In this document: piece after piece, positions 48,301 through 59,321 of the stretch
Numbering within the stretch: the stretch's first letter is position 1
How the letters are laid out: every line of letters starts with the position of its first letter
From: Hormiphora californensis
Lineage: Eukaryota; Animalia; Ctenophora
Direction of reading: 5' to 3'
DNA: 64,000 bases
NCBI GenBank assembly: GCA_020137815.1
Contig: CM035351.1
Location: forward strand, 9,610,001-9,674,000
Notes under the pieces: model-generated
Seen by the model: the letters and a program-made list of their open reading frames with translations, nothing else
Told to the model about the DNA's origin: nothing
The model's database searches: none
Position numbers and translations under genes: made by a program

Positions 48301-51300
48301 TGTCCAGAAGGGATCTGAGTGTTGCTGTCACAGTTGTGGGGGCCTTGTCTGCCTCATCCACTACCAGAACACGACCATGTTTCACTGCTCGGACCAGGGC
48401 ACTATCCCCATAGTGAACCCTACCCTCTGCAATAACTGGTTGCACTGTCAGGGCGTGCACTGTACTGTCTCTGTGAAGCTGGAGATACTCCCTGCTGGCC
48501 CCTATCAGCTCTAGTAACCTGTCTATTAGCTTGTTCTTGCCAACCCCCTGATTACCCACTAGTAGGATGTGACGACCTGTTGAATAACTTCGCAGCAGTG
48601 ATTCCAACAGAAGGGTGTGCTGAAACAATATAACATTAGATACAGCTAATAGAGGGGGAGTGCTGAAACAATATAACATTAGATACAGCTGATAGAGGGG
48701 GGGGGTTGCTGAAACAATATAACATTAGATACAGCTGATAGAGGGGTGTGCTGAAACAATATAACATTAGATACAGCTGATAGAGGGGAGTGCTGAAACA
48801 ATATAACATTAGATGCAGCTGATAGGGGGGTGTGCTGAAACATTAAACAATATAACATTAGATACAACTGATAGAGGTGTACTGAAACAATATAACATTA
48901 GATACAGCTGATTGTGTGCTAACAATTGTAAACCTACATTGTTGTTATTGTAGAACAGAGTCCGAGGGATGAGGTGTGGGTCTCCATTTAATTTCTTCAC
49001 ACTAACATTACCAATCCGTACCACACCCTCTCCTTCCTCTATGGAGACTTGCCTGTCTCTATTTGTCTCAACGAGACCAAGATTCCCCAGTGTACTAGCG
49101 AGGTTTCGTCGTGATAATGCCGGCATGAACCTAGCCAGGAAATGGTAATTTACAATCTCATTTTCTTTCAGTAATGTTATTTCTCTCTGTCTCTCTATCT
49201 CTATCTCTGTCTGCCTATGTAAATGTCTGTCTGTCTCATTTTTTCTCCTTCTCTCTCCCTTTCTATGCCTCTGTCTGCCTATGTAAATGTCTGTCTGTCT
49301 CTAACTACGACCACCCATCCAGTCGCTACGTGACTCAATCGCTACCTTGTTAACAATGCCGTGTGCAGAGCGGAAGAGAGCTCACCACCCTTTTCAACCT
49401 CCGACAAAACGGTTCTAAGACGGCGTAGGGAGAGTAATTGGGCCACAGACCGCAAATTCTGGTCCGTGTGTAACGCATTTGTGATTCGTTTTAACAAATC
49501 TACATCAGCGTTAGAGACAATTGGACACTGAAACGAAGTGGTAGTCGGAGTGGAGTTGTTCGATAAACAATAAACATCACACAGATTGTACAGGGACTAT
49601 TGTATACCAGTGCGTGGAGTAGGTTGAATTGTTGTTCAGTGTCCATGGTGGGGTGGTGGTGGTAGTGCCACATTCCCAATACCTCACTAGTCATCCACTC
49701 AGCCTTGTCCTCACCCGCTGTGACAAGAGGGGTGCAGCTATTATAACACAGATAATACATGTAGGGAGGAGGTTATTATTAGAGAGAGGGGTTGGGGGAA
49801 GGGTCCTTACTTGCTACAATCCTAAACGAGGGGTGGATCTTTAGCACTCCTTTACTCTTCAATTCATCCTCTGTCAGGCCAGTTCGGTCTTGTATCTCCC
49901 TGAATTGGATTGATCCCACAAGGCGTGTCCCGTCTGGAAGGGTTATCTGCCTGTCTTCACAGAGCGGAGCCAGGGATGCCAGAACGGTGTGGTGTAGCTT
50001 GTGAACACCGTCCAGTACCACCAGCGCACCGGACATGGCGCCTTGTACCAGTGGAGAGTGTTCCCACACTGTTTTACCCTCTAAAAGAAAAGTAGTTATG
50101 TCTATGTTTGTTTGTTTGTTTGTTTGTTTGTTTGTTTGTTTGTTTGTTTGTTTGTTTGTTTGTTTGTTTATTTGTTTGTTTGTTTGTTTGTTTGTTTGTT
50201 TGTTTGTTTGTTTGTTTGTTACCAGAGTTAGTGGTACGTAGTTGGAGAAGATCTCTTGACGTCATATCGTTATAAGCTACTATGGTTTCCATTTCATATC
50301 CCAGTCGACGGGCGAATTCAGATATAGCTACCGTCTTACCGCACCCCTGTATTTGGGAAGCGTTGTGTCACCAGTGTCAATAATGATGGTATGGCAGGTA
50401 GAAATAGTTGAGTTGCCTAACAGTTAACACTGATACAATTGAAACTAACCGGGGGACCGATCACGCATATGTCGGATACAGCATGTGACATAATCATCTC
50501 TGAAATCAAGGTGTCCTGACAAGTAGTTGGGAGGTAATGTCCTGGTTCGATAGGGGCACAGCTACCAGCAGGGACAGTAAACCTATCACTACCACATGTT
50601 ACTGTGGCACCACCGCTGCTGCTGAGCGCTACTGAACAAACAGGGCCGGGAGAGAGGGAGGGGGACAGGTTGAGGTCGGAGAGCAGGGCAGAGAACTGGC
50701 TATCAGAGGGGAGAAGGACACTGTACGGATAAATCTTAGGAATCCTGAAGAAGTGAAATGTTAAGAAAACTACCTCAATAGAAAAGCAGTGTCGTGACTA
50801 GAACATGAACTATGGCGTCCTAACCAATAGAAGATCACAGTGCACCCAATACTAACATGTTGGCGGGGGATATTGAATTAGGGGCATTCTGTAACACCCT
50901 CACAGCACCCTCTACAGTTCCACTGTGGATGTAAGGCAATACTCGGGCTTCCTTTGTCTTGAAAAATGAAGCGAAGGACAGGAGGCTATGGAAATACGGT
51001 GATTTCTCTCCTGGTATCTAGGAAGGGAGATATCAGTTGGTTATAAATAAGATAAATAAGTGAAGTGGCTGAATCGCTAAAAGAAATCCAAGTTACCTCA
51101 GATAAAATAGTCTCTAATTCACTCTGGGGAGGGTCGGATACAATGCGAGCCTGGAAGCGTGATCTCAGGGGAGGGTCCAGGGGGTAGCCCCTATTAGGAG
51201 GTACTGGTATACCCAACGCAACCACCCAGAAGTCAGGGTGTACCCTGAGGAGATCAGGGCCAGGATCAACCAAACTATCATATCTACCCGCCTCTACTAA

Positions 51301-52008
51301 GAACCGCCCATCCTCAAGATGCATCTCTCTGTTCTCTAACAAGTTGTTCAAGATAGGAAGAAGGTTCTGTTCAGCTCGCTCTATACCCTCAATAACCAGA
51401 GCTCGGCCTGTCAGGGCTGCCCTAACTGCTGGCCCCGCCTGGAATATAGACGACCCTGCACTGAGCTCCCTCCTCTGTTTGATATCACTCTCTGTGGTGT
51501 CTCTAGTTAGAACTAGATGTTCCACTTCCCTGTTAACAGTCGCCTGTGAAGGAGGAGTATTAGAAACAGGAGAGAGTGCTGTGTTTCCTAGCAGTCACTT
51601 ACCATTTACCTCTCTCATATAAAATACTACCATTTCTCTCCCTGTCGGGTGGTCAAAAAGGAAGATAATTAGAAGATTGATTGTACATACACAATATGCA
51701 GCAGCAACACGTCGTCTCAGAGGTCCAGGTTGTCCTATAAGAAACACGTCCTGGGACGCATTGTCCTTCTGCATCAGCCAGTAAAGATGTTCCCTAAAAC
51801 TTTTTGGTAGAGAGGTAGCTGGGGGTGGTGGAACTAGCCATGGGTTATCTCCCTCCCTGTCTCTCCTCCACAATCTTCCTATCTTTACACCTCCTGTGAG
51901 GGCGGGGTGTAATTGTTGTGTCGTGTGTAATTGGGGTCAATTAGTACCATCTGACAGGAGGCGATGTTGGGTGGGTTGTCGAGGAGTTATCAATACACGC
52001 CATAACAT
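35284..52008 (-). CDS. VWA8: von Willebrand factor A domain-containing protein 8 (mitochondrial multi-AAA ATPase)
   Basis: QDVFLIGQPGPLRR, LTRDTTESDIKQRREL, GYPLDPPLRSRFQ, LVGNQGVGKNK, HVGGNTWAGGTGGRDTAGLGGKGGPYRLDAGH, DVSGSMYRFNGLDQRL, MHAHSQFCWSGD, SDANLKRY. Confidence 0.95.
36036..37333. mobile_element. Non-autonomous DNA transposon in VWA8 intron, G-run TIR, 8-bp TSD
   Basis: TIR GGGGGGTTCCAACCTATTT / AAATAGGTTGGAACCCCCC. TGTTTGTG at 36028-36035 and 37334-37341. Internal ~30-bp tandem repeats at 36560-36960. Confidence 0.85.
37480..38530. repeat. G-rich compound minisatellite in VWA8 intron, abutting an acceptor
   Basis: Variants of ggggctagccggggttatgggggaatagtggagacgtggcggacagggggaatt. 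Confidence 0.9.
40738..41592 (-). CDS. Uncharacterised protein nested in a VWA8 intron (same strand); twin CxCxCCxxW motifs
   Basis: Open 284 codons from MDLSKENP, with CYCSCCNQWKLY and CFCACCREWNVY and a basic RGG-like tail. Confidence 0.6.
   Translation of the reverse strand: MDLSKENPTLRDPSPKSINKLLMTLNESRGDDKVKSAFSPYQRSPCQKSPKAQLLQPFNGEQEVFMEEAHRYFGSFFTTPGNPEDSLLSALPPLPSPSLLRSSSPPSKLPLTKAQFCEIKKEYAIPIKPPPSKPQCYCSCCNQWKLYLDPPRSEFYSRSCPRLCFCACCREWNVYLHFVHNTPVVGYYDLQLFTPSGIETKKKEKKVTRGPRRGRGGARNGGEKVVDNKENSDGPGPSNSGRGRRKKDGKARQFTQKSLMKKDPTLKLNNAFQPQIPYLTPLDS
42517..43627 (+). CDS. Rhodopsin-like 7TM GPCR nested antisense in a VWA8 intron, 3 exons
   Basis: TM1 IALSILLNIV|VIL, TM2 ITGVSITDILKG, TM3 LALSIERL (DRY equivalent), TM7 SAVISPLILI. 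Confidence 0.75.
44262..44770 (-). repeat. ~13 x ~40-bp tandem units making up a VWA8 intron, each starting with the donor GTAATT
   Basis: Minus strand GTAATTGATTCTTTACGATCCCCCTAACGTGTTCTCTAA; the final unit ends ...CCCTATTCTCAG. Confidence 0.9.
45414..46545. repeat. (GGGA)n-rich tract with a ~550-bp internal duplication
   Basis: Directly visible; two similar blocks at ~45450-46010 and ~46010-46540. Confidence 0.92.
48614..48912 (-). repeat. 7 x ~42-48-bp tandem copies of 3' splice site + exon start (VWA8)
   Basis: Minus strand cagctgtatctaatgttatattgtttcag|CAC(A/T)CCC. The last copy continues as HTLLLES. Confidence 0.88.
50105..50220. repeat. (TTTG)n microsatellite in VWA8 intron
   Basis: Directly visible. 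Confidence 0.95.
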
Positions 52009-52287
52009 GCCACTCACACCTGGATTGTAATTGTCAATTAAAAGAAAGGAGTACCAATTAACGTGGCACAGACAGCTGCTGTAGTCATGTGCTGGGAAAA
52101 ATCAAACAATTTTCTTGATGAATTGAAATTGATAAAATAAAAAACACATCAGTGTATCTTACAAAAACAAACAAAGGTCCAATTAAATAAAGATCCAATT
52201 AAAAATTTTAAGTATTACAAAAGAAATTAATCGCATTCCATGCAAAGCACAACAAATATTCTAATAAAAAACAGTTTTATATTCAGT

Positions 52288-53590
52288 TTATAGTTTGGTT
52301 TCTGCCAGAACCTTAACAACACGTTCCCCGTCTGGTGAGGAGGAGGAGGAAGAGGAGGAAGAGGAGGAGGAGGGGGAATGGATGGGTGCTGCAACTACAA
52401 TATCCTGTAATTAATTAGTTGTCAGTTGAGGAAATAGTGAAACTAGATGTATTGGTATTTTTATCACTAACTGTGTCACTGCCACTTAGTTGCTAAAAAC
52501 GGAAACCCAGTGTTTGTGTGTGTGTGTGTGAATTGAAGGTTTTCATTGCAATCATTAACTAAAATCACTCTCTCATGCTCTCATCTCCATCATTTTAATT
52601 AGTTGGCGGGTAGCCAAAACTTAGTGGCGATCGCATTAACACAGTCAGTAAATTTCAAATCGAGTTGGGAAATTCTCGCCACACGTTGTGTGCAGTCACA
52701 AACATTTTACACATCTCATTTTCTCTCACTATCTTTCTCTCTCTCTCTCTTGAACATAATCAGGTTGAAAAACTCGACACAGTCTGTATGTGTGTGGGTG
52801 TGATAAACCCGGAAGCGGAGAAGACAGACAGCATGTGACTAACCGGAATAACGTTAGAAGGTCCGGGTTGCTCATTATCCGCAGGACCACCTTCCACAGG
52901 CCCGCCTTCCAGTACAGGTTCAATCACAGCATCTGCCTGGCTCTTACTGGCCCTTAGAGTCTGGAACACACTGTAAGCGATCTGAAACAAATAAAGATCG
53001 TGTACAAATCGCACTCAATAATACACAGTAAGAAAGGGGTATACACAGTAAGATATGGGTTGATTTAGCTACTTACAAAAACGAACAATCCATTAACGAG
53101 CATGGCAACACTGTAAATAAAGACAGCGTACATTCCCATTCCATATTCATTTTTCTTTGTCACAGCTGAACTGGGCACTACCTCATCTCTCAAAGGCTCA
53201 TTTAATTGGTCAATATCATTCCTGAAAATCAGTCAGTTAGAATATTTTTCACCTGATAAAGTTCACCAACTTACCGCTCAAGAATGTTTTCTTTTTGCAG
53301 ACTCCTTCGGATGTAAATTATAACATCGTCCGTGGGTAAAACATTGTCATCTGTATCCGACACGCCGGACATCAGTTTGGCAACTCGTTCCACAGGTGAG
53401 TAAACAAGTTCTGGATCTTTCGGAACCTCCTCGAACTCTACAACCTTTTTATTCTTCAAGAAATCAGTCCATTCGTCATCAGTCGTCGCCGCGAGGGGAA
53501 CTGTAAATGAAACTACTTATAAAAGCTAAACATATTCACATTTCACTCGACAAGCAGATTTATGATATCTCCAACCACTAGGATTTCCAT
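52288..53590 (-). CDS. Uncharacterised protein with one predicted TM helix, multi-exon (start uncertain)
   Basis: Exons ..DEWTDFLKNKKVVEF..ENILER|NDIDQL..GMYAVFIYSVAMLVNGLFVF|IAYSVFQ..|DIVVAAPIHSPSSSS..ETKL* with GT-AG borders. Confidence 0.5.
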
Positions 53591-53599
53591 TTCGTTAGA

Positions 53600-54330
53600 T
53601 TTAGAAAAACCTTACACTTACATATACAAAAAAGGAGTAAGAAAATCATTGTTTTTTAGTAATTTCTGGGTTTATTACATTAAAGAAACTGCGTTACGTA
53701 TCGTTTCAGAAGGGAGAGTGCTCTGAACTTCCAAGGTTACAAAAAAGAAATAAAAAACAAACGCGTTTAAAAAACGTTCGCAAAATTTACAAACATTTGT
53801 TCGACGCGGTCACGCCAAATATTTGTAACGCGCGGGATTTATTTCGTTTGTCTGTGCATTTTCAACTTACACCGCCGCGCAGCGCGAATTTCAAATTTAC
53901 AAATTCATTTTGAGATCAGTCAAAAACTCAGTTTTCAAATCTCTGTTCGCGTGAGTCGCACGCCGTCGATACCACTTTTTCACAAATAGCAAGGCACTCA
54001 CATTCCTAATTCGCGGTCTTATCCAGGTTAAAACTTTTTTAAACCTTTTCTTCAACTTATCACTTATGGCCAATCCTCCGATCACTCCCGTAACTTTAAA
54101 TATGATGCTACGAAAATCGGGTCCGGTATCAAAATGTCCGTATCCCAAACACGATTGATCACCATTGTAGATCAGATTACGAGTTTAGATCTTGCCTGTT
54201 GATCTGTTACTGCAATGGTACACCGTACACCCGTCCAGTGCCCACGTTTTCTTAATTTTCTTTTCACGGTCGAGACCTGAATACCTGACACATTTCTACG
54301 ATTCATATACTAACTAAATTATTCCCTCTA
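53600..54330. promoter_or_regulatory. Putative divergent (bidirectional) promoter region
   Basis: Lies between head-to-head gene runs, with local clusters of ACGCG/CGCG (CpG-rich) among A-rich tracts. Confidence 0.5.
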
Positions 54331-54340
54331 GGAGGTAGCC

Positions 54341-54988
54341 ATGGGTCGCCGACCAGCCAGGTGTTATAGGTACTGCAAGAACAAGCCCTACCCCAAATCT
54401 CGGTTCTGCCGTGGTGTCCCCGATGCCAAGATTAGGATCTATGATCTCGGAAGGAAGAGGGCTCATGTTGACGATTTCCCCGGATGTGTCCATCTTGTGT
54501 CTGATGAGAAAGAACAGCTGTCTTCTGAGGCTCTGGAAGCTGCCCGAATCTGTGCTAACAAGTACATGGTGAAGTTCTGCGGAAAGGACTCCTTCCATAT
54601 CCGAGTGAGGAAACATCCCTTCCACGTTCTGCGAATCAACAAAATGTTGTCGTGTGCTGGTGCTGATAGGCTCCAGACCGGTATGAGGGGTGCTTTTGGA
54701 AAGCCTCAAGGAACCGTTGCTCGGGTTAACATCGGCCAGACCCTCATTTCTCTGAGGTGCAAGGAACAACACATGGCCTCTGCTACTGAGGCTCTCCGAC
54801 GAGCCAAGATGAAGTTCCCTGGCCGACAGAAGATCTACCCTTCTCGAAACTGGGGATTCACTAAGTTCCCTAAGGCCATCTACGAGGAGTGGAGAGAGAG
54901 CAAGAAGCTGACCCCTTGTGGTGCCCATGCTCGTTACAATGCGGACCACGGCCCTCTTTCTAACTGGAAGAAGATCCACGCCAACTAA
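54341..54988 (+). CDS. RPL10: 60S ribosomal protein L10 (uL16), intronless CDS
   Basis: [51 protein letters not shown]. Confidence 0.99.
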   Translation: MGRRPARCYRYCKNKPYPKSRFCRGVPDAKIRIYDLGRKRAHVDDFPGCVHLVSDEKEQLSSEALEAARICANKYMVKFCGKDSFHIRVRKHPFHVLRINKMLSCAGADRLQTGMRGAFGKPQGTVARVNIGQTLISLRCKEQHMASATEALRRAKMKFPGRQKIYPSRNWGFTKFPKAIYEEWRESKKLTPCGAHARYNADHGPLSNWKKIHAN

Positions 54989-55104
54989 ATAATGTTTTAT
55001 TGGTTTTTACTTATCACGAGAATCTGTCTTTTTCTTCTAACCACTCGTATTGACATGTGCCATCTAAATCACTCTAAATTAAATTCACTCCTTTTGTTTA
55101 GGAG

Positions 55105-56307
55105 ATGACGATTAAACAGACTTGTTCGAACCTAACCTCTCTGTTGCACAAAATACGCGACAGCAAGAAAGGAGATGATTCCCTAGTGGCAGATGCCATG
55201 GCGCTCTTTGCCACTCTTTCCAGCCAACATACTCAAGTTTTGAACGAGGCTCAGTTAGAATATGATAAAGTGTACGAGGTTGGTATTGCTCTATCTCCCT
55301 TGTACCACTGCTTCTTCTAGAAATTCAACACAATCTCTTCTCCAGGCCAGAGAGAGATGTGAAGAGGAGAGAGACGTGTTAGACGAGCAACTATCCTACA
55401 TGGCTTATCTAGATACAGAATATGATGTGCGGCCATGGAAGGATGACCTGGTTTCAGTACCCCCCTCAGCTAGCCATGCAACTATCAAGGCAGCTTTAGA
55501 CAGAGAGGTAGATACATGCTAATACTGTACTGTGTAGAGTGTGTGTGTGTGTGTGTACAGCTGTGTGGTGTGTGGTTCTACCTGAGTGTATTTCAGCTGT
55601 TAGAAAGACGGACACTCTGCGAGCGAAGTAAGGCAGTTGATAGTGAAGTGGTGGAATTACGAACCTCAGAAGCTGGGGTTCGGTCAGAGCTGGAGAAAGT
55701 TAGGAAGGTAATGGAGCCGATAGGGAGTCCAGCCTTTCTGGAGGGTGTAGAACCGTGTGTAATGGTAGATACTGAACTGACGGGACCTCTATACACTCTC
55801 CATCAGCTACTGTACACTGCTGCACGGGAAGTTAAAGGTAGGTGTGGGTTGTGATGGGAGCAATACACCTGATAAACAACACAGAGCCGTAACCCCCCAC
55901 CTTTCTACAGGTGTTACTGTATCAACTACTAAAAAGATCCATTTCCACGACCCATTACCCATGATCTCCTATCATTTGATTCCTCTCTCCTGGTTCTCAC
56001 TCTACCCAGTGGAGCGTGTGTAGTGTTTCGGTACCACCCCCATATCAAGTGTATAACATGTGATGACTCCATACCTGACAGGACTGCCTTGTGTAGGGTA
56101 GTAGAGGGTGAAGACGGGGTAGAACCTCCCCATACCTCCCTCCTATATCACCTACCCCAGCTAGGGGAGATGGTGAGAGAGGGGAGGGTAGGAAGGGTGT
56201 TCTGCTGGCTTCATGAGCTGTGTGGGCTACCAGTTGTTACACAGAGACAAAGGCTACCGAGCAACATTACAGCCAACAAACTCTTACATTTCCTATCCAC
56301 CTTGTAA
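55105..56307 (+). CDS. THOC5: Divergent THO complex subunit 5 (FMIP)-like protein, 4 exons
   Basis: HATIKAALDRELLERRTLCE, LTGPLYTL and EGEDGVEPP..GRVFCWLHELCGL resemble THOC5 blocks as recalled from memory. Shorter than the vertebrate protein. Confidence 0.6.
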
Positions 56308-56473
56308 TTCAGTATGTGTGTATTTTATTAATTGTGAATTGTACAACCCAATTATATTTTGTGTGAAATTTCTAAGTTAACTTCTTCAAGATTTATCTAG
56401 CCCGATCTATCTACTCCATGACCACTTTCCCGTAGACTTAAGATTATGAGAGGAGGAAGGTGAGAGACATGAT

Positions 56474-59158
56474 ATGTTACAACTCCGTACCCCAGGAGGC
56501 TGCCCCCATCTCTCATTCCGATGCCTCTCATCTCTCATTCACCTGGTATGTGTATTTATTTGTAGATTTACCAACAATAGTTGTTAGTGTCGGCTCTTAT
56601 TAGAACATTGTCATATCTCCCTTTTTAACTCCACTCTATCTCAGTATCGGGCTGATGTAAGAAAGGGAGTATTGGTCGAGGATGCCAGACAAATCCACCT
56701 GTTAGAACGACTAGAGGATGTTAATAGTAGACTAGATGCTCAACCACCACCTCCATCATTCTTATCCCGTATCTTCTCCACACCCAGTAAGTTGATAGGC
56801 TCCCATTCCATTCCTCGACCCTCTCTCACCACACCCCGGTAAAGGAAAGTGAAGGGTCTGCAGTAGCTGTGATACTAGTTAACCCCTCAGGTGCCCCCAA
56901 AGTGAAGGGTCTGCAGTAGCTGTGATACTAGTTAACCCCTCAGGTGCCCCCAAAGTGAAGGGTCTGCAGTAGCTGTGATACTAGTTAACCCCTCAGGTGC
57001 CCCCAAAGTGAAGGGCCTGCAGTAGCTGTGATACTAGTTAACCCCTCAGGTGCCCCCAAAGTGAAGGGTCTGCAGTAGCTGTGATACTAGTTAACCCCTC
57101 AGGTGCCCCCAAAGTGAAGGGTCTGTAGCTGTTATACTACTATAAAACCCCTCAGGTGCCCCCAAAGTGAAGGGTCTGCAGTAGCTGTGATACTAGTTAA
57201 CCCCTCAGGTGCCCCCAAAGTGAAGGGTCTGCAGTAGCTGTGATACTAGTTAACCCCTCAGGTGCCCCCAAAGTGAAGGGTCTGCAGTAGCTGTGATACT
57301 AGTTAACCCCTCAGGTGCCCCCAAAGTGAAGGGCCTGCAGTAGCTGTGATACTAGTTAACCCCTCAGGTGCCCCCAAAGTGAAGGGTCTGCAGTAGCTGT
57401 TATACTACTATAAAACCCCTCAGGTGCCCCCAAAGTGAAGGGTATGTAGCTGTGATACTAGTTAACCCCTCAGGTGCCCCCAAAGTGAAGGGTCTGTAGC
57501 TGTTATACTACTAGTTAACCCCTCAGGTGCCCCCAAAGTGAAGGGTCTGTAGCTGTTATACTACTATAAAACCCCTCAGGTGCCCCCAAAGTGAAGGGTC
57601 TGCAGTAGCTGTGATACTAGTTAACCCCTCAGGTGCCCCCAAAGTGAAGGGTCTGTAGCTGTGATACTAGTTAACCCCTCAGGTGCCCCCAAAGTGAAGG
57701 GTCTGTAGCTGTGATACTAGTTAACCCCTCAGGTGCCCCCAAAGTGAAGGGTCTGTAGCTGTGATACTAGTTAACCCCTCAGGTGCCCCCAAAGTGAAGG
57801 GTCTGTAGCTGTGATACTAGTTAACCCCTCAGGTGCCCCCAAAGTGAAGGGTCTGTAGCTGTGATACTAGTTAACCCCTCAGGTGCCCCCAAAGTGAAGG
57901 GTCTGCAGCTGTGATACTACTATAAAACCCTCAGGTGCCCCCAAAGTGAAGGGTCTGTAGCTGTGATACTAGTTAACCCCTCAGGTGCCCCCAAAGTGAA
58001 GGGTCTGTACGTGTTTGGTGGTGTGGGCTGTGGTAAAACGATGATGATGGACTTGTTTTATCAGGAACTATCTGCTACCTCTAAACTACGAACACACTTC
58101 CACGACTTCATGCTGGATGTTCATGAGAGGATACACGCCTTTAAAACTTCCCTTCCACCTTCACATGTCAATGATGTAAGTAACACACCAACCAATATAC
58201 TAGCTCACTATTCACTAACACTACCTCACACACTAACCAATCACCTAGCTCACTATTCACCAACACTACCTTACACAGCGGAAGAGTTACGACCCAATAC
58301 CGGTAGTGGCGCGAGAGATAGCCAGGGAGTCCCGGGTTCTCTGCTTTGATGAGTTCCAAGTGACTGATGTTGCTGATGCGATGATTCTAAAGCGGCTATT
58401 TCACACACTATTTGAAGAGGGTGTTACTATGATAGCTACCGGTAACCGCCCACCAGAAGATCCTCTATAAGAATGGTCTGCAGCGATCCAACTTCCTACC
58501 CTTTATACCCATGCTAAAGTCGCACTGTGAGGTGCTTGATATGGAATCCATTGTGGACTACAGGATCTCTGAGCCTAAACCCCTGGATATACCTGGGGGA
58601 CGTGCTAACTACATCAGGGACCCCCACCAGCTAGACAAGATATTCCATTATCTAACAGGGGGCGCTAAGGGGGCACAATGTCATCCAGTATCAGTACTGG
58701 GGAGAGAGATCAGAGTGGGTGTATCTATAGGTCCCATCCTATCTACGACATACAGAGAACTGATTGAGCAGTCCCACGGGAGCAGTGATTTTAGAGCTCT
58801 TGCCAGGACATTCTCCCATGTTCTAATAAAAGATTTCCCCCAACTGAGTATCAAGAAGAAGACCCAGCTACGAAGATTTATCGTTATGATGGATATATTC
58901 TATGATCGAAATGTGAAACTGATCATATCCAGTGAGGTGCCACTACAGGATATTATCTGTTTACAGGATGCTGATCAGAAGGCTAAGGATGAACTTCGTA
59001 TGTTGATGGACGACCTCAAGTTGACAATGGAAGAGGCCAAGTCAATGTCTCTCTTTACGGGGGAGGATGAGGTGTTTAGTCAGAAGAGAGCTCTTAGTAG
59101 ACTGAGTGAGATGCAGTGTGCTGATTATTGGGAATTACCACACAACAAATATGAATAG
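56474..59158 (+). CDS. AFG1L: AFG1-like mitochondrial ATPase (LACE1/ZapE family); apparent 1-nt frameshift near 58462
   Basis: [81 protein letters not shown]. Confidence 0.95.
56848..58007 (+). repeat. ~22 x 50-53-bp tandem copies of 3' splice site + 23 nt exon start (AFG1L)
   Basis: Unit tagctgtgatactagttaacccctcag|GTGCCCCCAAAGTGAAGGGTCTG. The last copy continues into [11 protein letters not shown]. Confidence 0.95.
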
Positions 59159-59321
59159 AGAGAGATTTGTATAGTATTGTAAACTGATTGTAACCGATGT
59201 GACCTTTCTATACTTGTGTGTGTGTTTCTCCCCCCCCCCATTTGAACAGTTAGTACAACTATAATGTCACATTATATAACTGTTCAAACAACTGATAATG
59301 TGTTCTAGGGGTGGTCATGAG

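Noticed and set aside
54314-54979. 221-aa ORF antisense to RPL10 (also those antisense to RPL27 and IARS1)
   Set aside because: Typical antisense shadow of codon-biased genes.
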